A program made the translations under genes and the position numbers. The notes beneath the pieces are model-generated. The model saw only the letters and a program-made list of their open reading frames with translations, was not told the origin of the DNA and searched no databases. DNA of 64,000 nucleotides. Source: Candidatus Uhrbacteria bacterium RIFOXYB12_FULL_58_10 (lineage in GTDB: Bacteria; Patescibacteriota; Patescibacteriia; UBA9934; GWF2-40-263). The stretch covers positions 18-64,017 of the forward strand of contig CALRBH010000005.1 of NCBI GenBank assembly GCA_943354165.1, given 5' to 3'. Below, in pieces: positions 1 through 11,911 of this stretch; positions within the stretch are counted from its first letter, which is position 1, and each line of letters opens with the position of its first letter.

Positions 1-3000
1 TACACTCAATGGCGCCCGTATTCTTCTCGAGCGACTCGGTGTCGCGGAAGAAGTATGGGAGGCCGACGCGATGTTCCGTGGTGCGGTCGGTCGGATCGCG
101 GAACTCCGTACACTGGTCGAACTGTTGGGCGCACAGGCCGACGAATCCGCGGTAGGCGGCGTCGCCGTTGGTCGGCATCAGGAATTCATTTCCTCCGCGG
201 GCGCGCGGCGTATCGATGCCGAGCGTGAAGGCCAAGTCGTTGTTTACGTCCACGTATTCGCATGGTTCGTTCGTTCCCTTGCGGAACCAGCCGAAGAATC
301 GGCGGCTGCTGATGGAAACGTCCGTCTTGTACTCACAGTTCTGGCCAAGCGGGTTCTTGAAGTAGAAGTTGCCGTCCTTGGTGGACTTCCATTCGTCGCA
401 GAACAGCGCTTCGTGGCTGCAGAGCGTGTTCTTAAACACCTCATCGCCGTAAATGAGCGGATCAATGATGAGGAACTCGGAGTCAAACTTGGTGACCCGG
501 CTCTTATCGAGGTTGAACACTGGCACACCCACTTCCTCACACCCAACGGCTTCCGGAGAACACTGCCCTGCCCCGTTGTTCACAAGGAAGACAGGAACGT
601 CATTTGGAATCACGCGGGTTTCCGGACCGAGCTGGGCGGCGTTTTCTTCCGTGACGTTGCGAATGGTTCGGATCGCACCATCAAAGTCAAAGAGGCAGAA
701 CGTCTTACCTGGCTGGATGGTGCAGACGTTAGGGTTGGAGAGGTACCGGCAAGCCCCTACTGGACCGACGCAGCGCGCATTATGCGTTTCTCCGTATGGC
801 GAGGTGCTGTTGCGTTCATCGTAGAACGCCTCGCAGCCGACTTTCTGCTCCGAGCAGAGGCTGGTGAACTGGTAGAACGAGTGGCTCTGGCTGGCGCGGT
901 CCGTATAGCCCTCACAGCCGAGGAAGAACTGCGGGCTCGCGGCGCCGGTTGGCGTCTGGTCACAGGACGCTGGGACCACGAAGGAACCCTTGATGAGGGT
1001 GATGTTGTCCTCGACCTGCTTCAGGACAATGTTGTCGAGGAAGATGTCATCACTGCCGCTTGCATGAGCAAAGCGAAGGATCGCCGTGTCGGTAATCTCT
1101 GGAATCAACGATGCATCGAGCGGTCCTACCGAGTATGGAAGCCAGCCCTGCGTGAGCGTAACGGCTGGACCAAAGCTGCTTGCGATCCCGCTTCCATTGC
1201 TTGGAATAAGCGTTGCAGCGAGAGGTCCTGTCCCTTTTGCCCAGAACTCAAGGACAAAGGTCTTACCGGCCACCAGCTTCCCTTCGAAATCACCGTACGA
1301 CACGTTACCGAAACCCGTCACGCGCATCGAATGACCGCCTGCTGACACAGACTCATTGGAGACCGTTGGGGTTGCCCCACCGGCTCCGACCCATGGAGCG
1401 AAGGTACCGCTTTCAAACGATTCATTGATAACAGTCGTCGCGTTGCGCCCAGCGCCGCCGGTGTAAGAACGGCAACCGGATGCGGCAGCTGGACACTGCA
1501 CGCTTTCAGACGGGAGACCGAGATAGCGACAATCGCCGTTTGGCAAGGAGAATCCGCCCGTGGAGTTACAGTCCGCAGAAGTAGGCGCGGCGGTCTTACG
1601 ATACTGATTACAACCGACGTCCACGGTGACGGTCTTTGAGAAAAGACGATAATGAATCGCGCCGGCGCCATCGTAGAACTCACGACAATCTGGATTTGTA
1701 AAAATATCCGTGTGCTCATTACAGGAACTGTCTGCCGCGAGAACAGCGATGGAGTCGTTGCAGGTTCGTACTGTCTCGGAAAGCATCGATGAAGACGTAC
1801 ATGGAGCAGCTCCTGCGCTCGCATCGTTGGCTGGAGCTGGAATCGAAGGCTGGACTGCGTTGTTCGCTGGCTGCGTATAATCAATCACCGAGTTCGTGGT
1901 GAGATTAGACTTGAGCAACGTAAAACTCCGGAGCTGGAACCCTGACGTATCGGTTCCCTCCCAGGTGAAGAATGGCGCCTGTGTGCGATCAGCGGCGGCG
2001 GTTGCTACGGTAGATGCCTGTGCAGGATCCGGTAGCACGCACGCACGGAGGTCGGTATAGTGCTCAACGCTTTCTCCGCCGGCGCCAGGATTGAGATTGG
2101 TGAACGCGTCACATCCAACGAACTGCGCGTCACAAGACTGAGCCTTAGCGGGAATGAAGAACAATGGGAACTTGGAACCTTCATACTTGGTGGGTTCCTG
2201 CTTGAATGCCGCGTAACCGACGCATTCGCCTGGACACTGGTCTACGGCGGACGCGACGGCTGGGACGGATGGATCGCCGTCTTCCGGCGTGTAGAGCTCG
2301 CAGCCGACTTCCTGAGCCGAACAGACCTCTGCGTATTCATCACACTGCGCCGGATCCGTTGGGAGGCCCTTGCAGTTGAGATAAGCCGGAGGAACCTTGA
2401 GGGCAACGCTCTGCGCATTCGCATCGCTATATCCATTGGCAAAATCTGTGGCGCTTTCGCCGCGTTCGAGCTGGATCGCATCGACGAGAGAAGTTCCCGC
2501 AATGCGAATTTCCGCGAGGAGCGAGGTGGCACCGGTCGTGAACGTACATGAAGATCGAACGTATGCAGACGCGTTTGCTGTTGCCGGAGTTACGGAAACC
2601 GTATTTCCCGTGATGGTACATCCGCGTGCGTTTGTCCCGGCGATATTTGCCGCCGCACTTCCTCCGGCGAGCGTAGAGAGAACAATGCTTGCAGTTGGAA
2701 CGGTTGCGCCCTTGGATTCAAAGCTGAAGGTATAGAAGGATCCAGCGGAAAGCTCAATGTCCTTCTGAGAAATTGTGTCTATGGTGAGGTCTACGGCATT
2801 CCCGCCCTCTGCCGGATCAACCGATGGAGCTGGCAAGCCAGAGAACGTCCATCCCGCAAGCAACCCGCCTTCTTCATTTGGCGCCTCAAATCCAGGGTTG
2901 CGCACCTGGTTGAGCGTAACACCGGCCGCGCGCGTAAGTTCACCGCAGCCGACCTGGCTGCCGTCGCATTGCTTCACGTCCTTATTGAAATAGACGCGAT

Positions 3001-5041
3001 CTTCCGTGGCGTAAAGTCCTTCTTGCGTATTTGCGGCGGAACGAACGGCAAAAGTTTGAATCGCCGCATCATGCGCAGGAACGTTGTATGTGGCGCCCGT
3101 TGGCAGGAACGAGAAGGTGTCGTCTGTGGTGACAAGTGTTCCCTTTCCATCAAAGTATTTATTCACGCGGTACCAACGGCAACCGGCGTTCCCCTGGTTA
3201 CAGACGGAAAAATCTACCGTGTTCGCGAGGAAGGCAGTGCGCTCGTTATCGATGGTGTTGGTATAGGCAAGACAGCTTGCAAACTGTTCCGGACACTCTT
3301 CCCCGCGGAAGCGCCAGATGTTCTTTTCGCGCACGCAGTAGCCGAACCCGCCTGTACAGTTCCCCTTGCTGTCTTCCGAGAGACAGGAAAGCGTATCTGC
3401 ACAGTATGTGTTGCGCGCCCCTGAGGCTGAAGAAATCGGCACCTCGCCGTTCACAAAGGACTTACACTGTGTTTCCGGATATTTTAAAATCCAGTTTGGA
3501 TCGATGAGGTGGCAAAACGGATTCCCTCCTCCGCAATCGTTATACGAATCAACGATCTCTTTGAGGGTCTTAGGCGGATCAAACGACGCGTTGATGGTAG
3601 CAGCAATCTCCCAACCGACAGGAATAATGCGGGCCTTGCGCAGTTTCACAAGGTTGCCATAACAGAAGGCTGACGTATAACAGAACGGATCCTGATTTTT
3701 GGCTTTGTTCGTTGCTGGAAAAAGAGGCCAACTACCGTTCAATAAGCCTTCCTCTCCAGACATAGCATCGCGCACCGTGAGCGCGATCCCGGCGTCTGAG
3801 CGTGTGACGGCCGCGGCGAAATTCGGATCCATCACGCAGTTGTTGATGTTACGCGGGATGGTTCCTCCGGCCGGACACACCACAAACTCCGCCAGCAGGT
3901 TGTAGTTGGAGACGGAGATGGGGTTTGCTGTGATGAGCGACCTAAATTGCTCCTGGGCGGCTTCTCGGCCACCATTTGAAAGTGCTTCGATGTCAAACGG
4001 ATTGTCTCCCCCCACAAGCGGAGCCATCCCCTTTGAGATGCGGTCGATGGTGGTGGAGAGCAAGGTGTTCGTAAACGTAGACGCGACGTGTCCGAACAAT
4101 CCCCAGATGAGGTCGGCGTTATTGATGGCGTTCAGGATTTGGAGGTCTGCCGGCTTATCAGGATCTTCCAGTTGTGACTTTTTCACCTCAGCCTCAAGAA
4201 ACGAAGCTGGTGTCTGTACCTTGCCCGTAACCGTGTCTACAACATTCTTATACCCATTGTTAGCCAACTGTTCTTGAATATTGATCTGGCGTTTCTGGTT
4301 AGCCTGTTCCTGCGTCAAGAACGAGATGCTTATGGAAGCGGAAAGTTCGTTCCGTCCCGGAGACAATCCCGCTGAAAATCCTTTTAAAACCGCGCCGACC
4401 GGGTCCTGTGCCGTCGCCGATGTTGTCGCGATAAAACTCTCCCAGTTTTTTATGGTGGAATCAAAATCACATTTTGGCTTTCCTGGCTTGTACGCCTGCG
4501 CGATACCCAACTGAAGGGCGAGCTTAAACTCCGGCAACACGGGAGAACAGATATCAAACTTGATATCGAGTCCAGTGCTGATGACTTCCCCAAGCTGACC
4601 GATCGTCTCTCCGGCCACGTCCTTTCCAAACTTTGTCCAGGCATCCTCTGCGGTATCCGCGTACAAAAGAGGTGTTTGTCCCTTCCCTCCGGAAGCGATA
4701 AACACGGCGGATTCGTACGCAAGTCGATCCGTGACGAAGGTCAAGATGTTCAAAAGCCCGGTGACCAAGGCGATCTGCATGAGAGGGCTTACTACCAAAG
4801 TATCCACAGCGTGTGTGGCCGCTGCTGCACCTTTTGGTGGGTTTGGTGCCACCCCAGGAATCGCTCCACTCGCCGTTTCTAATGTAGCTTCAAGACCCCC
4901 GGAAACCGGGCTTGAAGGACCAGATGCTGCCAACGTCGGCCTCGGCATCAACAAAGCCGTAACCAGACCTCCCCCCACAAGCCCAACGACGGCGAGGGAA
5001 AGGAGAAATGCAGAAATGGACTGGCGGACCTTGAGCGACAT
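1..5041 (-). CDS. Giant secreted/membrane-anchored Cys-rich surface protein (>1680 aa, 3' end outside window)
   Basis: ATG at 5041, 4 nt after the upstream stop. My translation starts MSLKVRQSISAFLLSLAVVGLVGGG (signal-like). The frame is still open at position 2 (...KNTGAIEC) and no track ORF ends in this frame. Cys-rich, with a CBM/galactose-binding-like segment QVRNPGFEAPNEEGGLLAGW near 2900. Confidence 0.85.
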   Translation of the reverse strand, partial: MSLKVRQSISAFLLSLAVVGLVGGGLVTALLMPRPTLAASGPSSPVSGGLEATLETASGAIPGVAPNPPKGAAAATHAVDTLVVSPLMQIALVTGLLNILTFVTDRLAYESAVFIASGGKGQTPLLYADTAEDAWTKFGKDVAGETIGQLGEVISTGLDIKFDICSPVLPEFKLALQLGIAQAYKPGKPKCDFDSTIKNWESFIATTSATAQDPVGAVLKGFSAGLSPGRNELSASISISFLTQEQANQKRQINIQEQLANNGYKNVVDTVTGKVQTPASFLEAEVKKSQLEDPDKPADLQILNAINNADLIWGLFGHVASTFTNTLLSTTIDRISKGMAPLVGGDNPFDIEALSNGGREAAQEQFRSLITANPISVSNYNLLAEFVVCPAGGTIPRNINNCVMDPNFAAAVTRSDAGIALTVRDAMSGEEGLLNGSWPLFPATNKAKNQDPFCYTSAFCYGNLVKLRKARIIPVGWEIAATINASFDPPKTLKEIVDSYNDCGGGNPFCHLIDPNWILKYPETQCKSFVNGEVPISSASGARNTYCADTLSCLSEDSKGNCTGGFGYCVREKNIWRFRGEECPEQFASCLAYTNTIDNERTAFLANTVDFSVCNQGNAGCRWYRVNKYFDGKGTLVTTDDTFSFLPTGATYNVPAHDAAIQTFAVRSAANTQEGLYATEDRVYFNKDVKQCDGSQVGCGELTRAAGVTLNQVRNPGFEAPNEEGGLLAGWTFSGLPAPSVDPAEGGNAVDLTIDTISQKDIELSAGSFYTFSFESKGATVPTASIVLSTLAGGSAAANIAGTNARGCTITGNTVSVTPATANASAYVRSSCTFTTGATSLLAEIRIAGTSLVDAIQLERGESATDFANGYSDANAQSVALKVPPAYLNCKGLPTDPAQCDEYAEVCSAQEVGCELYTPEDGDPSVPAVASAVDQCPGECVGYAAFKQEPTKYEGSKFPLFFIPAKAQSCDAQFVGCDAFTNLNPGAGGESVEHYTDLRACVLPDPAQASTVATAAADRTQAPFFTWEGTDTSGFQLRSFTLLKSNLTTNSVIDYTQPANNAVQPSIPAPANDASAGAAPCTSSSMLSETVRTCNDSIAVLAADSSCNEHTDIFTNPDCREFYDGAGAIHYRLFSKTVTVDVGCNQYRKTAAPTSADCNSTGGFSLPNGDCRYLGLPSESVQCPAAASGCRSYTGGAGRNATTVINESFESGTFAPWVGAGGATPTVSNESVSAGGHSMRVTGFGNVSYGDFEGKLVAGKTFVLEFWAKGTGPLAATLIPSNGSGIASSFGPAVTLTQGWLPYSVGPLDASLIPEITDTAILRFAHASGSDDIFLDNIVLKQVEDNITLIKGSFVVPASCDQTPTGAASPQFFLGCEGYTDRASQSHSFYQFTSLCSEQKVGCEAFYDERNSTSPYGETHNARCVGPVGACRYLSNPNVCTIQPGKTFCLFDFDGAIRTIRNVTEENAAQLGPETRVIPNDVPVFLVNNGAGQCSPEAVGCEEVGVPVFNLDKSRVTKFDSEFLIIDPLIYGDEVFKNTLCSHEALFCDEWKSTKDGNFYFKNPLGQNCEYKTDVSISSRRFFGWFRKGTNEPCEYVDVNNDLAFTLGIDTPRARGGNEFLMPTNGDAAYRGFVGLCAQQFDQCTEFRDPTDRTTEHRVGLPYFFRDTESLEKNTGAIEC

Positions 5042-5044
5042 ACG

Positions 5045-5671
5045 CTACGGCGTTGGGGTTTGAGTATCTACGGTCTGTTGAAAGGCTTCTCGGAACATCG
5101 TTTTCAACTCCTCATCTGTAAGGGTGTCGAGTTTTTCCTTGGGGACTCCGGCCTGCACAAGCATGGCCTTGAGCTGTTCTGGCGGCAGGTCCAGGAAGAT
5201 GTCCTTATACCCTTCCGCACTCTGGTAGTCGGCCGGAGCGTCTGGTTCTGTTGGCGGTGTTGCATTCACGGCGGCAGAAGGGCTTGCGGCCTCTTCCCCG
5301 CGTCCGCAATCTTTCCCTACCGGACAGTTTGGATCATTCCCGGAATACGTTTCCGTGCGGTCATCGAACCCATCTGAGTCAGAGTCGGCGAGGTAGGGGC
5401 TGGTCTTGAAGACGTAGAGCTCGTCGTAATCCACGAGACCGTCTCCGTCCGTGTCACGGGTCTTCATCGCCTCCTTGTCCGCGTCTTCCTTTTGCGAAGG
5501 GGTCAGGAATCGGTCCGCACTGAAGCGGGCGATCTGTGCATCGATCGGCGCACGGATGGAACTTCCAAACGCGTGGAACCCAAGGAACAGTCCCGCAATT
5601 CCCAAAACAATAATCAGAACAAAAGCCGCCTTTTGTTCCCGAGAAAGTTGCGTTCGGGGACGGACATCCAT
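5045..5671 (-). CDS. Membrane-anchored protein with thrombospondin type-3-like Ca-binding repeats
   Basis: N-terminal TM helix; DTDGDGLVDYDE and DSDSDGFDD motifs. Confidence 0.75.
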   Translation of the reverse strand: MDVRPRTQLSREQKAAFVLIIVLGIAGLFLGFHAFGSSIRAPIDAQIARFSADRFLTPSQKEDADKEAMKTRDTDGDGLVDYDELYVFKTSPYLADSDSDGFDDRTETYSGNDPNCPVGKDCGRGEEAASPSAAVNATPPTEPDAPADYQSAEGYKDIFLDLPPEQLKAMLVQAGVPKEKLDTLTDEELKTMFREAFQQTVDTQTPTP

Positions 5672-5701
5672 AGGTACACAGGAAGTATACCAAAGGACGG
5701 A

Positions 5702-5778
5702 GTTAGTAGTAAGTAGATAGTAGTTAGTAGAGCTGACGGTGGAAACCCTACTACCTACTTACTACTATCTACTAACTA
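5702..5778. repeat. Family A heptamer-repeat hairpin (TAGTAAG/TAGTTAG/TAGATAG arm + CTACTAA arm)
   Basis: Inverted arms ~5702-5730 and ~5748-5778; overlaps the rsmA stop. Confidence 0.85.
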
Positions 5779-6535
5779 AGATCCCATGCAACCGCTTCCA
5801 CTGCTCGATCGAGACAATCTCCGCGCGGACGCGGGCGTCCAATCCGACGGCTTCTATGGCCGATTTTACGATGGCAGGTTCTCCATACCCTGCAGCCGTG
5901 AGGTTTCCGTGCATTTGTTTACGAGGATGGGAAAAACCAGCCTTTGCAAGCTTAATAATCGCTTCCATATCCCCGCCAGGAGGATATAAATCGAACCGCA
6001 CGATGGCTGAATCAACTTTTGGCACTGGCCGAAACACTTCGCGGGAGACGTTGAACACTTTTTTCACCTTTGCGTAGACCTGACAGGCCACCGCGAGCAG
6101 GCTCATGTTCGGCGACTCGGCGGTAATCCGGTCCGCCACTTCCCTCTGCACCATGAGGGTCATGCTCGTTGGGTACGGCTCGGTGGTCAGAAAACATTCG
6201 ATGATGGGAGAGGTGATGTTGTACGGAATGTTCGCGACGAGTTTGTATGGAGCGACCGGAAGAAGCGAGGCTGGCGTATTCAGCGCATCGCCTTCAATGA
6301 GGTTCAGCTTGTCGCCAAAGATTTCTTTGAGCGGTTCGATAAGGTCGTGGTCGGCTTCAATGGCGGTCACGATCGCTCCGGCTTCGATGAGCGCGTCAGT
6401 GAGGACGCCGGTGCCAGGGCCGATCTCAAGAACTCGGTCGCCGGGTTTTACCTCGGCGGCTTTGATGATGCGTTTCACGATGTTTTGGTCGGCGAGGAAG
6501 TTTTGACCAAAGGATTTCTTGGCGCGGGGAAGCAT
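5765..6535 (-). CDS. rsmA: 16S rRNA adenine dimethyltransferase RsmA/KsgA
   Basis: KKSFGQNFL, VLEIGPGTG, VANIPYNIT, PKVDSA; start moved to ATG 6535. Confidence 0.95.
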   Translation of the reverse strand: MLPRAKKSFGQNFLADQNIVKRIIKAAEVKPGDRVLEIGPGTGVLTDALIEAGAIVTAIEADHDLIEPLKEIFGDKLNLIEGDALNTPASLLPVAPYKLVANIPYNITSPIIECFLTTEPYPTSMTLMVQREVADRITAESPNMSLLAVACQVYAKVKKVFNVSREVFRPVPKVDSAIVRFDLYPPGGDMEAIIKLAKAGFSHPRKQMHGNLTAAGYGEPAIVKSAIEAVGLDARVRAEIVSIEQWKRLHGILVSR

Positions 6536-6543
6536 ACGAAATA

Positions 6544-6614
6544 TATTGCCTGAGCTTGTCGAAGGCCACGCCGCGACCCTTCGACTTCGGCTGAGGCCTC
6601 CGCTCAGGGAATAA
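6544..6614. repeat. REP-like palindrome family F, copy 1 (CCTGAGC..GTCGAAGG...CCTTCGAC...GCTCAGG)
   Basis: Near-identical to 7205-7274; nested inverted repeats. Confidence 0.85.
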
Positions 6615-7197
6615 ATAGTGAGCCCTGTCTTAATACTACTAATTTCCCTTCTGAAAAAGCGATAATCGTTGAGGGTTTTCGCTTTGGGAGGCTGCCGGCG
6701 TCGATCAGGGCGTCTGGCTGGATCTTCGCATCTTTGAAGGCTTTTTGCACGGCTCGGGCGCTGTAACAGGCGGGTTCGCCGGATTGATTCGCGGAGGTGG
6801 AGACGATCGGGGCCGCGAGCGCTTTCGAGAGAGCCTGGGCGATAGGATGAGCAGAAACACGTAACGCGATCGTTCCGTCGGCTGCGACGACTTGAGGCGC
6901 GAGCTTCGCCTTCGATTGTTTTGGAAGCACCATCGTAAACGGACCTGGCCAGTGTGCGCGAGCTAACTTCGACGCTTCGATGGGAAAGGTCGCCCACTTC
7001 TTCGCCATCGCCGTCGTCGAGACGATCAACGGGACGGTTTTTTCCGGAGCGCGGCCTTTGATCGAAAAAACTTTCTCGACCGCCGACGCATTTCGGGCGT
7101 CCGCGGCGAGTCCATAACTCGTCTCGGTCGGGAATACGACAACTCCGCCCTCTCGAAGGATGCGGATCGCCTCTTTTGTCGAAACGACAGGAATCAT
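6604..7197 (-). CDS. tsaC: L-threonylcarbamoyladenylate synthase (TsaC/Sua5/YrdC)
   Basis: FPTETSYGL, KGR, WPGPFT, STSANQSG, PSTII. Confidence 0.93.
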   Translation of the reverse strand: MIPVVSTKEAIRILREGGVVVFPTETSYGLAADARNASAVEKVFSIKGRAPEKTVPLIVSTTAMAKKWATFPIEASKLARAHWPGPFTMVLPKQSKAKLAPQVVAADGTIALRVSAHPIAQALSKALAAPIVSTSANQSGEPACYSARAVQKAFKDAKIQPDALIDAGSLPKRKPSTIIAFSEGKLVVLRQGSLFIP

Positions 7198-7204
7198 AAA
7201 CCAT

Positions 7205-7274
7205 TATTGCCTGAGCTCGTCGAAGGCTCGCAGCGCCCCTTCGACTGCGGCTGAGGCCTCCGCTCAGGGAATAA
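7205..7274. repeat. REP-like palindrome family F, copy 2
   Basis: Direct repeat of 6544-6614. Confidence 0.85.
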
Positions 7275-8247
7275 GAGATTTCAATGTCTTTCGGAGCCCC
7301 TCCTCAAGACTCATTTCTGCTTTCCACCCAAGTTCCTTCATGGCCTTCTTGGAGACCAAGGCACTACGGCGAACTTCACCTGCTTTCGCCGGACCAAACT
7401 GCATCGTGCTGCCACGTACAGCTCGTACCTCCCCTGACCCCTCCTTCGTAAGGAGGGGGGCTGAGGCCGCGGTGAGTCGATTCATCATTTTGAAAAGTTT
7501 CAACACGCTTGTCTCCTGTCCTGTGCCGATGTGATAGATCCCGTGAGCATTCTTGCCCATCGCAAGGACGTTGGCGCGCACGACATCGCCGACGTAGACG
7601 AAATCGCGCGTCTGCTTGCCGTCGCCATTGATGATGATGTCCTCATTCGCAAGCAAATGGCTGCCGAACAGTGCCACCACACCCGCTTCGCCTTTTGTAT
7701 TCTGACGCGGGCCGTACACATTCGCGTAGCGCAAAGAAACCGTGTCGATGCCGTACGTCGATGAGGCAAATTCGAGGTACATCTCCCCTGCCCGCTTGGA
7801 AATTCCGTAGGGGGAGACTGGTTCGGCTGGCTGGGACTCGCTATAGGGCGGACGGACACGATCAGAAAACATCGCCCCACCTGATGAGGAGAAAACGATC
7901 TTCTTCACACCGGCTTCGGCCGCGTGCTGAATGAGCGCGAGTGTGCCGAGCACGTTTACTTTGGCATCCGTGACAGGATCGACGACCGACGAACGAACAT
8001 TCACCTGCGCAGCCGTGTGGAAAACAATGTCAGGCTGAATCTTTTTAAGCAGTGCCGGAAACGCCGGGCTGGTAATCGACATTTTGACGAACTCCGCATT
8101 CGGATTCACGTTTTTCTTGTCCCCGGTCGTCAGGTCATCGATGACATACGTCTTAATCCGGCGCTTGATGAGAGCGTCGGCAATATGGGAGCCGATGAAT
8201 CCGGCTCCGCCGGTGACGAGGGCGCGTTTGTAGGGCATAAGGCTCAT
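7264..8247 (-). CDS. NAD-dependent epimerase/dehydratase (UDP-glucose 4-epimerase-like)
   Basis: TGGAGFIGS, SPYGISK (YxxxK), LRYANVYGPRQ, RDFVYV. Confidence 0.9.
   Translation of the reverse strand: MSLMPYKRALVTGGAGFIGSHIADALIKRRIKTYVIDDLTTGDKKNVNPNAEFVKMSITSPAFPALLKKIQPDIVFHTAAQVNVRSSVVDPVTDAKVNVLGTLALIQHAAEAGVKKIVFSSSGGAMFSDRVRPPYSESQPAEPVSPYGISKRAGEMYLEFASSTYGIDTVSLRYANVYGPRQNTKGEAGVVALFGSHLLANEDIIINGDGKQTRDFVYVGDVVRANVLAMGKNAHGIYHIGTGQETSVLKLFKMMNRLTAASAPLLTKEGSGEVRAVRGSTMQFGPAKAGEVRRSALVSKKAMKELGWKAEMSLEEGLRKTLKSLIP
7428..7460. repeat. Palindrome family G (CCCCTCCTT-N3-AAGGAGGGG) in frame in the epimerase
   Basis: Encodes PLLTKEGSGEV; similar to 12568-12622 and 25229-25283. Confidence 0.75.
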
Positions 8248-8249
8248 GA

Positions 8250-8326
8250 GTTAGTAGTAAGTAGATAGTAGTTAGTAGGGTTGAATGACGGAAAACTACT
8301 ATCTACTTACTACTATCTACTATCTA
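8250..8326. repeat. Family A heptamer-repeat hairpin
   Basis: Arms 8250-8278 and 8296-8326 fill the prfB-epimerase spacer. Confidence 0.85.
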
Positions 8327-9422
8327 TCGATGCTTAAGCTCCTCCCGCAGGAACGCTTCCATAAACGGCTCTAGATCCCCTTCAAGCACCCCTTCCGCGT
8401 CCGACGTTTCATGCTCGGTTCGATGATCCTTCACGAGCTTGTACGGATGAAGCACGTACGAACGGATCTGATTTCCCCATTCAGCACTCTGATATTCACC
8501 ACGGAGGCGGGCGCGCTCGGCACGGCGCTCTTCTTCCTGCTTGGCGACGAGTTTGCCCATGAGAACTTTCATGGCCATCTCGCGGTTCTGTTTCTGGCTG
8601 CGTTCGTTCTGGCAGGAGACGGTGATGTTGGTTGGTAAGTGCACGATACGCACAGCGGAATAGGTTGTATTCACACTTTGTCCACCTTTTCCCCCAGCCA
8701 TGAAGGTATCGATGCGCAAATCTTTGGGATCAATGACGACCGCGGCGGATTCCTCGAGTTCAGGGATGACTTCGATGAGGGAGAACGTCGTGTGACGCAT
8801 TTTCTCGGCGTCGAACGGACTGATGCGGACCAAGCGGTGCACGCCGTGCTCGCTTTTCAGGTAGCCGTACGCGTACCGGCCGGAGACGCGGAACATGAGG
8901 CTCTTGAAGCCGACGGGTTCGCGCGCTTCTTCGAGAATTTCGATCTCAAATCCCTTCGCTTCGCAAAAGCGGGCGATCATACGGTAGAGCATGGCCGTCC
9001 AATCCTGCGCTTCCGTGCCGCCGCTGCCTGCGTGCATCGCGATGATCGCGTTGCTCACATCATGCGGACCGGAAAAGAGCGTCGCGAATTCCATCTTCGA
9101 AAATTTCGCTTCGAGTTCCTTAAGCTTGGTGGCAATGTCATCATGCATGCCGTCCTCGCCTTCTGCCTGCGCGAGTTCCGTCATGTCCTTCAGGTCATCG
9201 ACCTCCTTCAAAAAGCTTTCCCAGGTGGAAAGTTCGGTACGCATGTCCGCCGCTTCCTTCCCTAACCGCTTCGCACGTTCCTGATCCTGCCAGAAATCCG
9301 GCGCTTCCATCTTTTTCTCCAATTCCGATAACTTCGTCTTTATCGAATCCAGGTCAAAGCAACCCCCACGTGCGCACAGCGCGCTCGCGGAGGGCTTGGA
9401 TTTGGTGGAGGAGTTCTTTCAT
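8324..9422 (-). CDS. prfB: Peptide chain release factor 2, with programmed +1 frameshift
   Basis: SPF and GGQ motifs; upstream frame MKELLHQIQ...TWGLL ends in CTT-TGA-C preceded by GGGGG. Confidence 0.95.
9353..9368 (-). promoter_or_regulatory. prfB +1 frameshift site (TGGGGG TTG CTT TGA C)
   Basis: Canonical CTTTGAC at 9359-9353 with an upstream SD-like G run. Confidence 0.9.
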
Positions 9423-9448
9423 AGGGATCGTGTGGCGCCCTTACCACC

Positions 9449-9760
9449 TTAGAGGTTAATTTGCTTCGCAAATTTACCGAGCACGGGCAGCTCCCACATC
9501 TTTCCGTTGGCGGCGTTTACGATTCCCATGATGATCAGCATGAAGAGCAGGATGGAACCGAGGGCCCAGACGATCTGACCGAGCACCGGGATGATGTTCC
9601 CTACCCAGAGCAGGATCCAGGCGAGGAGAATGACCAGCCCTTGCTTCCCGTGGTGCTGGGCGAACTTACTGTCCTTGGCGAGCAAAAGCGGGATCAGGCA
9701 CAGGATGCCGAGATAGCCGATGGCTGCGAAAAACTTGTTGTCTTCGATCTCTTTTTCCAT
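9449..9760 (-). CDS. Small membrane protein (DUF4870-like)
   Basis: AAIGYL..., FAQHHGKQGL, ELPVLG; about 3 TM segments. Confidence 0.75.
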   Translation of the reverse strand: MEKEIEDNKFFAAIGYLGILCLIPLLLAKDSKFAQHHGKQGLVILLAWILLWVGNIIPVLGQIVWALGSILLFMLIIMGIVNAANGKMWELPVLGKFAKQINL

Positions 9761-9772
9761 AGTGGAGGTATT

Positions 9773-11742
<1,970 letters not shown>

Positions 11743-11748
11743 AAGATA

Positions 11749-11866
11749 GGGTTGTAAGGGTTGTAATGGACTGTTAGGGGCGAAAGGTCGCTAGGAAAGC
11801 ACGGACGGTCGGGAAAACCCCTTACCACCCTTACTGCCCTTACAGCCCTTACAGCCCTTACCGCCC
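11749..11866. repeat. Family B 9-mer hairpin in the groES leader
   Basis: GGGTTGTAA arm (11749-11780) and CCCTTAC arm (11818-11866). Confidence 0.85.
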
Positions 11867-11884
11867 ACGGAATGTCGCTAGATA

Positions 11885-11911
11885 TTAGCAGTCATCAGTT
11901 TAGATTGCTAG
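11885..11911. promoter_or_regulatory. CIRCE-like (HrcA) operator upstream of groESL
   Basis: TTAGCAGTC-N9-GATTGCTAG versus consensus TTAGCACTC-N9-GAGTGCTAA; TTGACA on the minus strand at 11947-11942. Confidence 0.7.

Noticed and set aside
71-5063. Plus-strand ORFs (e.g. 71..1345)
   Set aside because: Antisense shadows of the continuous minus-strand giant ORF.
6536-7204. 479-aa extended RsmA (apparent fusion)
   Set aside because: The extension overlaps tsaC in another frame; RsmA homology starts at 6535.
9323-9422. prfB pseudogene or novel recoding
   Set aside because: This is the canonical, well-known RF2 +1 frameshift.
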